DNA of 64,000 bases from Eukaryota sp. GEM-RC1. Its lineage: Eukaryota. Below, piece by piece: positions 38,201-49,400 of this stretch. The notes under the pieces were generated by a model. The model was given only the letters and a program-made list of their open reading frames with translations. It had not been told where the DNA came from and searched no databases. Both the position numbers and the translations under genes were made by a program. The stretch is taken from assembly GCA_040285855.1 (NCBI GenBank), contig JAUFOQ010000003.1:1240001-1304000 (forward strand). Reading direction: 5' to 3'. Within the stretch, counting starts at the first letter, position 1, and every line of letters starts with the position of its first letter.

Positions 38201-40194
38201 AACCTGAATCCACGCCTCTGCCAGCTCCTTATGAAAAATTAGATTCATTTTCAATTTTGCTCATTTTGCGTTGCTTACGTCAAGATAGAGTAATGATTGG
38301 AATTTCCAACTTTGTTGTTGAACATTTAGGTAAGGAGTTCGTCAAACCCCCTGTCCTAGACTACAGTTCTGTCTTTAAACAATCAACTGCCACTGGTCCC
38401 ATTGTTTTTGTCCTTTCTCCTGGTGCTGACCCTGCTTCAGAGGTCGAAAAACTTGCTTCAAAGATGGGACTTGTCCAGAACAATCGCTACAAGTCTCTTT
38501 CTCTTGGACAAGGTCAAGAAGAACCCGCTCTCCAACTCGTCATCAATGGTGCAGCACGTGGACATTGGGTTATCCTTCAGAATTGTCATTTGTTGGCTAA
38601 ATGGTTACATCGGCTAGAACAACAACTAGAAAACATTCCAAAATATCACAAAGAATTTAGATTATGGCTTACAACTGAACCTACAGACAGATTCCCCATG
38701 GGTATCTTGCAGAAGTCACTAAAAGTTGTTACTGAAGCTCCAAACTCCTTGGCTCTTAATATGACTAGCACGTTTACTCGACTATCAGATGACGTGCTAT
38801 CTGATTGCCCTCATCCTGCTTTCAAACCTCTGTTGTTCGTCCTAACATTCTTCCACGCTGTAGTACAAGAACGTAGAAAGTTTGGTAAGATTGGTTTCAA
38901 TGTTAATTACGACTTTAACGAATCTGACTTCTCAGTTTCAATGCAATTGTTGTCCACTTATCTCACTAAAGCTTTTGACAATGGTGATGAACAAATACCT
39001 TGGTCTTCCCTTAGATATCTAATCGGTGAAGCTATGTACGGAGGTAGAATCTCTGATTCTTATGATAGACGACTAATCATTACGTATTTAGAGGAGTATA
39101 TGGGAGATTTCCTATTTGACACGTTTCAACCTTTTAATTTCTATCAATCTTCTGAATTTGATTACACTGTTCCTCAAGCTGAGAACTACAAGCAATTCTT
39201 CACTTATATTCACTCTATTCCACTCTACAATTCACCAGAGTTATTTGGATTGAATAACAACGCTGAAATTCAGTTTTATTCTTTGTCTGCAAGAGATTTA
39301 TGGCGCCAAATGATTGAACTTCAACCTCGAACTGCCTCTGGTTCAGGAGCTACTTCTCGGGAACAGTTTATTGAGTCTACTGCTAAGGGAATATTAGCCA
39401 AACTCAGTGAGAACGATTCATTTGATGTCATTAAGATTAGGAAGAAGCTCGGCAATAACATTTCCCCTCTCAATGTGGTTCTGCTGCAAGAACTCGAACG
39501 TTTCAACATTTTAACCTCCACAATGTCCTCATCTCTCTCTAACTTGCTACGTGGTCTCTCTGGTGAGATTGGAATGTCAGCTGAATTAGATGATCTGGCT
39601 AATTGCCTGCTTAACGGTCTTCTACCTTCCTCTTGGAAAAACAAGGCTCCTGAAACCCAGAAGAATTTGTCTAATTGGCTGGAACATTATCAACGAAGAC
39701 ATGCTCAGTACAAGTATTGGATTAATGAAGGTCTACCTGACGTGATGTGGCTTTCGGGGCTTCACATACCTGAATCCTTCATTTCAGCTCTAGTTCAAAC
39801 TACCTGTCGTAAACATGGATGGCCACTAGATAAGTCTAAGTTGTACACTACAGTAACGAAGTTTACCTCAGTTGATCAAGTCAAGGGTCCTTTAGAAGAT
39901 GGCTGTTATGTCTCTGGTCTGTATTTAGAAGGTGCTTCTTGGGATATCGAAAAGGCTCAATTGTGCCCACAAACTCCGGGAGAACTTATGTGTGAGTTAC
40001 CAATTATGCAGTTGATCCCTATCGAACAATCTAAACTTAAAATTTTCAACTCTTTTTCAACTCCTGTTTATGCTACTCAAGACCGACGTAATGCTATGGG
40101 CCAAGGGTTTGTGTTTGAAGCTCAGCTTACTACTTTTGAACATGAGTCTCATTGGTCTCTTACGGGCACTTGTTTATGTTTAAATATCGCATAA
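26273..40194 (+). CDS. DNAH10: Axonemal dynein heavy chain, inner-arm I1/f alpha (DNAH10) type
   Basis: P-loops [24 protein letters not shown] and [22 protein letters not shown]10-type [13 protein letters not shown] and RRNAMG. About six indels (~28497, 33670, 34290, 35345, 35905, 37950). Confidence 0.92.
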
Positions 40195-40466
40195 TAATAG
40201 TATTTTATTTTGTATTTCTACTTTGATTATTTAATTTGCTTATCATTGCATTCATGATATTCGAATAAACTTGTATTTTACGTTACATTTTAGATTCATC
40301 GATATGTTTTATTATAAACTTTGGAAAAACAGTTTATAGATGGGGGGTACAAAAATACATATCATAATAAAAGCACAAATATATATATGAAACACTAGAC
40401 ACCGAAAATTCCTGGTCAACAGTACCACAGTTTTTATACAATTTTGTGAAAATTGATATAAAAAAG

Positions 40467-40815
40467 TTAGGCACCGAACGGAACAAAGAAAAAAATCAAA
40501 CGGTTATACCAAATTGATAAGTTAAATCTCTTATTCTGAGACTTACACATAGATCCAAAATCACTTAAAAACTTAGCAGTGATTTCACCAATACTACCAA
40601 AAATATAAATAGCAAATGGAACAAACATAAATTTTGAATATAAACTTTGATTGAGTTTAGCAACATCTTTGGAATACAAATCAATTTTACGTTTTTCAGC
40701 TGTTTCTAGGTGATTGATACCTTTTGAATTTAAGCCATTAACATAAGTTTGAGCACATGGATCTACTGTTGTAACATCAAGGATGATTTGACTAGAATCA
40801 ATAAAAGGACCGTGT
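40467..40815 (-). pseudogene. 3' remnant of a CRE-like non-LTR retrotransposon (RLE domain)
   Basis: Minus frame GPFIDSSQIILDVTTVDPCAQTY...AEKRKIDLY...FVPFAIYIFGSIG. Confidence 0.65.
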
Positions 40816-41012
40816 AACTGTTTGTATTTTCAAAATTGTATCGTGACTAAAGGCAAATTTTGAAACATACTCATTGGCAATCGCATTGTAATTTCATAAT
40901 ATCTGGGGTTGAGTAAAACACAAATACCAAAATCCAAATCCAGGTAAAAAAACTGAAATACATAGGGATTTTTTTTTTATTTTACAATTTTTTTATTGAC
41001 AACAACTACTAG

Positions 41013-41523
41013 TAGGGATGGGCGAACTCCAACTCAATTTCACTCCACTCGTAGAAATTATAGAACTCCAACTCGACTTCACTTCACTCCAACTCAAGTC
41101 ACTTGTAGTCTTCACTTCACACAAATTTGTTCAATTTTTGACTTCACAAAATTCCTCTCATTTGACGCTTTTAGCACTTCTTCCAGGTATACACAACGGT
41201 GACTCAATGTGTTTCGATTCACAGTAAAAAAAAACACTGTTAGATATCCACCGTGGTAATACCATCACAATGAATCTTTCTATTTGTTTTTAAGAAAATT
41301 TCTTTGGTTCCTAAAGAAGAGTTTCAGAAATTATTTCGAAATCTCTGTAAATTGTGGATAATACTTACTTAGGAATACTAATGAAATACCAATTTTCACT
41401 CCAACTGGGCTTACTTCAAAAATTTTGACAGAACTCCAACTCGACTCCATCTTGTAGAAATTTGGAGTGAAGTGGAGTTTTGAGTCTTGGAGTAGAACTT
41501 GACTGGAGTTTTGCCCATCCCTA
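41013..41523. mobile_element. hAT-like MITE
   Basis: TIRs TAGGGATGGGCGAACTCCA / TGGAGTTTTGCCCATCCCTA, ACTCCA subterminal repeats; no convincing TSD. Confidence 0.8.
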
Positions 41524-41920
41524 ACAACAACCCCACATTACCCTCATAATCAGGACTTGGAAAAATAGCATTGCCAATTAATTGCTCTCATTTTTTGTGG
41601 AGCAATGAATTATTGCAATTATGACATTTGCTGCAATTAATTGCCCAATTAATTGGTTCATGATATATGAACCATTCTTAATTTTCAATAAAAGACCCTC
41701 CAGTGTATTGTTCTTTATGTAAACAAGACTGGTTTTCCGAATTGACTGTACTGTACAAAGATAAAAAATTGAAGCAATATTGACTAGAGAATATCAAGTA
41801 TAGTGACAAAAGGCTGCCTTTAAAGATGAACACTAAATAAACCATGACTCAGCAATCCACGCCACTAACTTTGCTTGACTCAATATACGTTTCACTTCTA
41901 AAAAAGTCATCTGAAACTGA

Positions 41921-42109
41921 GAACGAGTTTCTGTCTCTGTTGGTGATGAACAAATTATGACTGCTGCTGGAGATGGCCATTATGAACTTGATTTGAGTAA
42001 TGGAAATCATAATCTTAAATTCGAACATGCTGATTATGCTGATAAGGAAATCACTGTTGAAGTGGATGGAGGTGACGTGACTAGAAATGTTGAACTTTCC
42101 CTGGTTTGA
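41921..42109 (+). pseudogene. Fragment resembling a carboxypeptidase-regulatory-like/PEGA beta-sandwich domain
   Basis: Frame ERVSVSVGDEQIMTAAGDGHYELDLSNGNHNLKFEHADYADKEITVEVDGGDVTRNVEL; no in-frame start upstream. Confidence 0.45.
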
Positions 42110-42262
42110 TATCATTAACTACTTAATTGTATTCATTTTTAACTTGATTGAATCATTCTAATAAACAATTTTTCTATTATATGGTAAATATCATAACATT
42201 AGTTAATAGCGTATTCAATATCTGATTGGATTTGCTTATATTCTTCCTAGAGTTAATCGAAT

Positions 42263-42430
42263 CAGTGTCCGAAATTTCTCACGTGTTTTTTAAAAGACAC
42301 TGTGTCGGTGTTAACACACGTGTCCACACGGTGTCTTTGATCATCAAAGTTTGATGAGAAATCTACTGTTTTTGGGTGTTTTCGCGTGTTTTTGAAAAGA
42401 CCGTGTTCCTGTCTAAACGTGTCCACCAAA
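42263..42430. mobile_element. Single end of a hAT-like element related to the MITE at 54313
   Basis: CAGTGTCCGAAA end plus CACGTGT subterminal motifs. Confidence 0.45.
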
Positions 42431-42559
42431 ACAAATCATTAGTGATCAACATGGTGATCCAATGTGAATTTCAACCGTTAACAAATAGTTTAGTTCTGTT
42501 CGTAAACAGTATGATCTGTACGGTTACATCTTCGTCTCAATAACAAGGAACTGTCAGAT

Positions 42560-43045
42560 TGTATTCCACTAGACTGCGGGACCAACATCATTTGCAATAC
42601 AGTTTTGGATTATATTGAATATTAATACTATTGAATTGACTGCTGCCTGGCTCATTTCGACAGACAAACCAGGTTACGGAATTAAGCATGATGGAATCCG
42701 TCCAATTGCAATAGGAGAATCACTTTCCGTTTATTCTGTTCAGTTGAGTGGTTAATCGCGTGGTTGATAAAAGCTGGTCGCTTTTTGTCCCCATTTCAAT
42801 TTGGATGTAAGACAATCCATGGAGTTTCTGTTGATGCCTTAACATAAAATTTGTTTTTCAATTAACATGATGATAATTTCATTTTTAATCTTGATCTTAA
42901 AATTGCATTTAATTCAGTTAGTCGTAAGTCTGTTTTTGTTACAATTGAACAACTTTTCTGAGTTATCATCATACTTTTATTTATTTTATGGAAAAACAAG
43001 CGATTTAATTTATGATTCATGTTAAACAAGGCGATTTTCTCTTGA
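42560..43045 (+). pseudogene. Degenerate reverse transcriptase fragment of a CRE-like non-LTR element
   Basis: DGIRPIAIGE, PFQFG, NLDLKIAFNSVSR and KQGD in broken frames. Confidence 0.75.
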
Positions 43046-43269
43046 TGACCTCGACCTGATCTTCGACCTGACCTTTCAACATTAACAACCCTACCATAAA
43101 ACTACAATTAGCAAAATATGATTTAACTTTTTGTAGCGCACTCAAATCGCACTCGTACTCAGTGCACACAGACAGAGTGCGAGCAAAAAATCGTCGCAGC
43201 GTCCAGGTTAGGTTAATTTAGATACACATTGACAATGTGACATTGTACTTTGCATTTCGTTTTTTTTAA

Positions 43270-45771
43270 ATGTCTTCCATCCTTCTGGTTCAACTTGCTT
43301 CCAGACTTCTACACAACCATTATGTTGAACAACCCTTAAAGTCTCTTGACAAACTATATTCTCACAAACCCTGTAACTCACCATGTCTTCGCCACCATTT
43401 ATCTTCTCTTGCAGACTTAACTGCTTCTCTACAACTCTTCCCTGTTCTATCTGCATCATCATCTTCTCAAATCTTCTCTCTCATCGAATCACTTCCTCTT
43501 TCTCTTCATCCAGTCGTTCTACTCTTGTTCAACGTATCTCCCCACTTTGACTCTATTCCTTGTTCTTGTACATCAACATCAACCATTGTCTCAACTCATC
43601 TTCCTTTTTCTTCTCCCCTTACTTCCTTCTCTCTTTCTGTCCAAAACTGTATTGATGAAGTAGAAGCCATCATTGGTGAAGAGCGTTCGTGGCTTTGTAA
43701 TGTTGTATCTTCATTTGTTCGTGGTCTTGTTTTGAAACATCATGATTTGTATCATTATTGTAGTCAAAATGTAAATAATTTGAATTTTCAAGTTCAAATG
43801 TCCACATTTTCCCTTGCAGTAGTTCATTTCAAAAACAGAATTTTACAAATATTTGAATCATTGCCCAAATTTGATCACCCTATCATTTGGGATTTAAATT
43901 TTATATCCAGTTTACTATGCGATTCGTCTGAGTTATTTAACGACATTTTAGTGGAAGTTTTTCTAAATTTATCCTCATTGATATTTCTTTCTTTAAAAGA
44001 TGATTCGGGATACAGTAGGTTAAATCCTTTATTATCAATGAACTTTTCATCTCAAATTCCAACGTGTTTTAGGCCAATTGTTTTAAATTTCCGAAATCTT
44101 CACCAGTTTTTTTCTGTTATTACTGTATTAATTTCGAATAACAATCGTAACTCATCTTTGTCTCAGAGATTTCTACATTATGTATTTGACCATCTTGATT
44201 GTATTCTACAACTTGCGTTCTCTGGTTCAGTAGATTTTAATATTTTGGTAAATCTTTTGGATTCATCAATTAAAATTTTGCAAGATTGCAGTCATTTAAA
44301 TTCTTCATTGGTTCAGAATAGATTTCACATCTCTCAGAATTCAAATAATCTACACAATTTTGAAAATTTTGATAGACGGACAGTTTATTATCAAAAAATG
44401 ATCCGATACCATGAACTCACCCAACAAATTTTAAACAATAAAATTATTGCCCATCAGTTGATGATTTCAGAACTTCAACAAGAACGCTGTCAAAGTTACC
44501 GCCAAATTCAGAATGATTTAAATTCCTTATACGATCAAATTGACAGTCTTCATTTAGAATTTGAACCGTTTTTAATGCTACAACATGATTTTGATGCTGG
44601 TCAATCAGAAATGACTTCCACGACAGTTTCTTCAATCAAATTTGATTCAGTTGATACCTTTGATAGTATACCCTCTATATCCAGGAGGTCTTCTACTACA
44701 GAACTTTTGGATGAGAGTGATCCTGTGGAGGAGCAAGAGCTGAAACTGTCTTTTTCCCTGGCTAATATTTCAAATTTTATTGAAAAGTTAGAATTTCCAA
44801 GCACAATTAATCTTGATCAAATTCACAGTAATTTTGAATCTCTTGCTAAAGTTTTTGGTGGGTTTTCTATTAGTTTAATTAAAAGTTTTAAGCCTCTGGA
44901 TAATTACTTTTCTGATCTTTATAAGTTTTTCTTCTGTATCGAAGGTGATTTTTCCCGAATTTTATCAGAAAAGTTCTACAAAATGCTGTATAATTCTTCG
45001 TTTTCTCAATCTTCTCTTCTTTTAGTAATCGACCAAATATTTAAATTATCTGTTCAAGAATCTTGCGCCAAACCCTCTGTAGTTTTAGCTACTTTGCCTT
45101 CTGACCATCATCATACTATTGATTTTTCAAATTCGTCATCAATGGTCAAATTTCTCTTGAGTTTACAGTTGATTTGTGAGCTACCTCCTTCTTTGAAAAC
45201 TGTACTGGATTTTGTCTTACCATCGTCGTTTTCTGATCTTTTCCAGAAATGTTTCACTTTTTCAATTTTGATGGATTTTGTGAAGTACTCGATCAACACT
45301 ATTTCGGTGCAAATTATGGGTTTCTGTAAAAATTTAAATAATTTCAATGATTCGACTGATCCTTTTCTTCAATCTGAATCTTTTCATTTTCATCGTCACT
45401 TTTCACTATTTAGATTTCAAATTTTGTCGATTTTAGATGAAGTTAACCGTAGAGTTCGAATTGTAAAATTTTCAAATTTCTTAAATTCTTTGAGGTCTCT
45501 GTTCCACGAACCTGATACAGGAAACAATTTTTCGTTAACTGCAGCTTGTTCTGTTCTTATTGATGACGCTATAACAAATTTTGAATTGTTTGACTCAAAT
45601 TTTATGACGTCTTTTACTGAATTCGCTGCAATTATATTGCAAATTAATAGTTTCTCCAACATGTTTTCAGCACCTGATTGTGATGTTCTTCATCAGTTTT
45701 CAGATTTGATTGATGGTATTGAAGACAGAATTCCGGATTTTTCTGTTTTGAGACTTATTAATGTTGATTGA
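43270..45771 (+). CDS. 833-aa protein, possibly a divergent gamma-tubulin complex component (GCP5/6-like)
   Basis: Long intact ORF; FFFCIEGDFSRILSEKF resembles the start of the GRIP2 domain and follows a coiled-coil/acidic insert. The family call is tentative. Confidence 0.45.
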   Translation: MSSILLVQLASRLLHNHYVEQPLKSLDKLYSHKPCNSPCLRHHLSSLADLTASLQLFPVLSASSSSQIFSLIESLPLSLHPVVLLLFNVSPHFDSIPCSCTSTSTIVSTHLPFSSPLTSFSLSVQNCIDEVEAIIGEERSWLCNVVSSFVRGLVLKHHDLYHYCSQNVNNLNFQVQMSTFSLAVVHFKNRILQIFESLPKFDHPIIWDLNFISSLLCDSSELFNDILVEVFLNLSSLIFLSLKDDSGYSRLNPLLSMNFSSQIPTCFRPIVLNFRNLHQFFSVITVLISNNNRNSSLSQRFLHYVFDHLDCILQLAFSGSVDFNILVNLLDSSIKILQDCSHLNSSLVQNRFHISQNSNNLHNFENFDRRTVYYQKMIRYHELTQQILNNKIIAHQLMISELQQERCQSYRQIQNDLNSLYDQIDSLHLEFEPFLMLQHDFDAGQSEMTSTTVSSIKFDSVDTFDSIPSISRRSSTTELLDESDPVEEQELKLSFSLANISNFIEKLEFPSTINLDQIHSNFESLAKVFGGFSISLIKSFKPLDNYFSDLYKFFFCIEGDFSRILSEKFYKMLYNSSFSQSSLLLVIDQIFKLSVQESCAKPSVVLATLPSDHHHTIDFSNSSSMVKFLLSLQLICELPPSLKTVLDFVLPSSFSDLFQKCFTFSILMDFVKYSINTISVQIMGFCKNLNNFNDSTDPFLQSESFHFHRHFSLFRFQILSILDEVNRRVRIVKFSNFLNSLRSLFHEPDTGNNFSLTAACSVLIDDAITNFELFDSNFMTSFTEFAAIILQINSFSNMFSAPDCDVLHQFSDLIDGIEDRIPDFSVLRLINVD

Positions 45772-46466
45772 GCTTCTTAAATTATTCCTTTTTAATTCGG
45801 GAAGTTATATGACGTTATTCCTATTCGAAACCAGTTTTTCCGTACTTTCAAGTGTGACATTGTCGATTAATTTTTACATTCTGTTATATAATGTGTGTGA
45901 ACAATGGCTTTGGTTTTGCCCCTGGATTCACTTTTTTTGAAAGTCTTTGTTTGGTTGAACTACATTTGTATTATAAATCTTCCTACTGTAATCATTTAGC
46001 CGAAAATAGATACAACCGTATTAATTGAAGAATTAGGATTGTTAGTTAGTTCAGTTGAGATGACAATTCTTTGAATATATTTTCTACGGTTTATTATTCT
46101 TGTTTCATAAATCAGTCCAAATATCACTTAAAGACGATTCTCTGATCACTACAAATGTTGTAACAATTTCAGTTTCAAATACTCTTTTTCAAAACATGTA
46201 ATATACATTCTTAGAAAACTACTTCAAACAACTGATATTGAGGGCCAGCCTTCCCCCAATTAATCGTATAGGTACAGAGGGAACTAATCCAGATTCAGAG
46301 TAATGTCAAAGATACTGCATCAAACATTTCCATTAATTGAGTCGAATTACAGATGATTCATGATTGAAAATATTGTTTCATTGCGAAACCAATTTTAACT
46401 AATTATAAGATATTTATCAACAAAAAATACAAAACACTCAAAACAAGAATATATACAACAACTTCT

Positions 46467-49400
46467 CTATTGCAAATGAGCAGGCAAATTTGAAAAATCG
46501 GCATTAAAATTGGAATCTGGCTGAAATTGTCCAGCATACTGAGAAAACTGACTTTTGACACTGTCAGGAAAAGGATTAAGACAAACGAAATTCTTTGACA
46601 ACAACTTTCTCATCCGATACCTAAACACGTCTTTATCTCCATTAGGACTGTAAAAGAACACAAACCAGCCTTTCTTACAATGTTCAACTGATTGCGCTAG
46701 TTGGCAAATCTTCCCACCTGCGCCAGCAACCTTGAGTTGAAGTCCACTACGATTGACCAAAAGATTGTCAATATCACAATCTACAAAAGGTGGTGTTACC
46801 TTAGTCGTGCCAACATTAACAAAATCAATTTCAATTTGTCCATGAGGAGTAGTAGCAAAGATGTGTGTAGCCTTACCATGGGAAGCAGGAGGTGTACATT
46901 GCATTGGAATAGGACCTGATTGGAGTGCTGACGTCATCTGACTGATGATTGTGTTAACAGGTTGATCATCTCGAAGTAAACAATCAACATCATTAGCTGA
47001 TTGCCCTCTAACAACGAAATCCCTTAGAAATCCGCCATAAACAGAGATCCCTACTTGATGGACTGCCACGTGTGCAATGTAAAGAACGAAATCATCACGA
47101 GTTGATGATGAGTTCAAAACAGAGGTTGTGTTGACGTCAGCTTGAGTAGTCTTGGATTTTGATTGACGTGAGTGGTAAACTTGGCTGATGATTCGTAATT
47201 GGAAAGATCTAATGAGAGGTTGTTACTACAGGACAGAATGTGACTCTGAAGTAAACCCATTACTACAGAAATCAAATCATAACCAACTTCGGAAGGGATT
47301 TCAACCTTGATTGATCTCTTCTTGGAATCAACTTTTAAGGAGACTACTGGAGAAGGTTTTGCCACTGATTCAATAACAGAATTAAGCTGCTTGTTGATTT
47401 TGTCTCGATTGGACCCTCCTCTGCCAATCAGCTTTCCAAAATCGACACCTTCCAAATCAGTAAACTCAATAGTTTCAGGTTCCAAATCAGTCAAAAATCC
47501 TTCAATTCTGGTTCTAATCGTATCAAGTAAGGGTCGGGGACAAGAAACAACCAGTTTAGTGCCAGACCGTTTATCACCAACAAGGTCAATATTGGCTCTT
47601 CGATTGGATTCTCGAAGTTTCCTCAATTGAAACCCAATATTATTTAAAAGTGTAGATCGATGAGTATCAGAAATATCAACAGAAAAACGTGATCGCTCAC
47701 GTTTCATCATTTGCTTTTCCACTAATTCAAGCTGCCAACTAGGCACACTTGATAGAATATCATCCCGGGAACAAAGAGAAACAAAAGAAACAGTTGGAAC
47801 AGAGATTTGAGTTTGTGATTGAACGTCAAACCTAGAAATGTTCATTCTTGAAGAAAAGATGGCAAACGAAAAATCTTGATTCTGATTCGGAATTTGATTC
47901 AATAAAGCACGTGATTCTGATGAAATTTTGGCAACATTGTCTGAATCGTCATCATCAGCCACAGGTCCACTAGAAATGTTAGCAATACCATCATCTGTTA
48001 GTAAAATAAGTCCTGCTGTAGGATTTCCAAGAACTTTGAGTGCTCCAACATTATTAAAAAATGCAGAAAGTTGAGCTTTAGCCAACACGTCATGTGCATT
48101 GGTAGAAAGATGATCAAATTCATCTTGACAGGCAAACCCTAAATCCAACAGTTTCTCTTGAATTGACATGAATGCGGTTTCGGCATCAAACATTATATCA
48201 ACGCTGACTCCATTATGGTCACACCATTTCCTTTTAGATTTGTCATCTTTTTGAGAAAGATATCCATTGAAAATGTTGAGTAAAGTAGAGTTAGTACCTC
48301 GGTCATGAACATATTTGAGATATCGAGGTTTGAAATATTGATCAAGATTTTGAAAAATGATCTCGGCTTCTACACTCCATAATGAAACTAGCTTTGCAGC
48401 GGATCCCAAACATTTAAAATTTGCCGCACTAATTAAAAACAATCCTCGATCAAAAGACACTCCAAACTTTAACAAAAGATTACCTTTTTCAGTAACACTG
48501 AAAGTATCACCATCCTGTTCTTCAATTGCAGAAACTTTCTTCAAAATCTCAATCGAGTTGGAGTATAACCCAGGGTCAAAATCATCCACGAGTTCCAACG
48601 GACTTGATTGATTAGAGCTCAAGGACCAGTAGTTCAGCACAGACTTCAAAACATCTCCAGAAGAAATCTCTGGTCTAAATGACTCTCGCATAGAATCAAA
48701 AACAGACGCTGGGAACAATGCAAAGTAAATTCCACTGGCAACTCTCCCCGCTCTACCTGCTCGCTGAATTGCAGAAGCCTTACAAATCAGTTCCTTGTTC
48801 ATTTCCTGTGTGTTCGCCACTCCTTTCCAAGTAACACTTTGGGAGAACCCACTATCAACAACGTAGCGGATATTGGCTAGAGTCAGACCAGTTTCAGCAA
48901 GATCTGTGGCGAAGAAGACAATTCGATCATAATCAGCTTGACAGACAGAGTGGCGTTGAGTTCTAGTGAGTTTACCATGGAATCCAAACACCGCAGCTGA
49001 TTGAGTTTTCTTCTTAGTTTTAGAGTTCAGTGTGAATGCAAACTCAAACTTACTAGACCGAGTCTTGGGCTTTACTTGTCCATCATCGTCATCGTCATCT
49101 TTTGAGGATAATCCATCACGTAGTTTGTCTTCAAATACAGAGACGGCAGTTTCAACAGCGGCTCTGCTTGGTAAGAAGCAGAGAATGTTACCAGAGTCGG
49201 TATTGCGTAACAAGTCAAAGCATATCTGAATACCAGCGTTAATGATACCATTAGAAAACATATCAAAAGGGATATCGGCAAGAGCATCGGTATACTTACC
49301 ATCAAAAACGTCGATATACTTCTTGTAGACTGGGTAAGAAGGAATGTCAAAAGATAGAGATGCAACAGTGGCAACCGCAGAGAAATAAGGAATCAGTTTT

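Noticed and set aside
26273..40194. Programmed frameshifting or pseudogenisation of dynein and other split genes
   Set aside because: Breaks are single-base, several lie in homopolymers (GGGG at ~28497, CCCCCCC at ~33667), and they affect many unrelated conserved genes, so sequencing indels are the simplest explanation.
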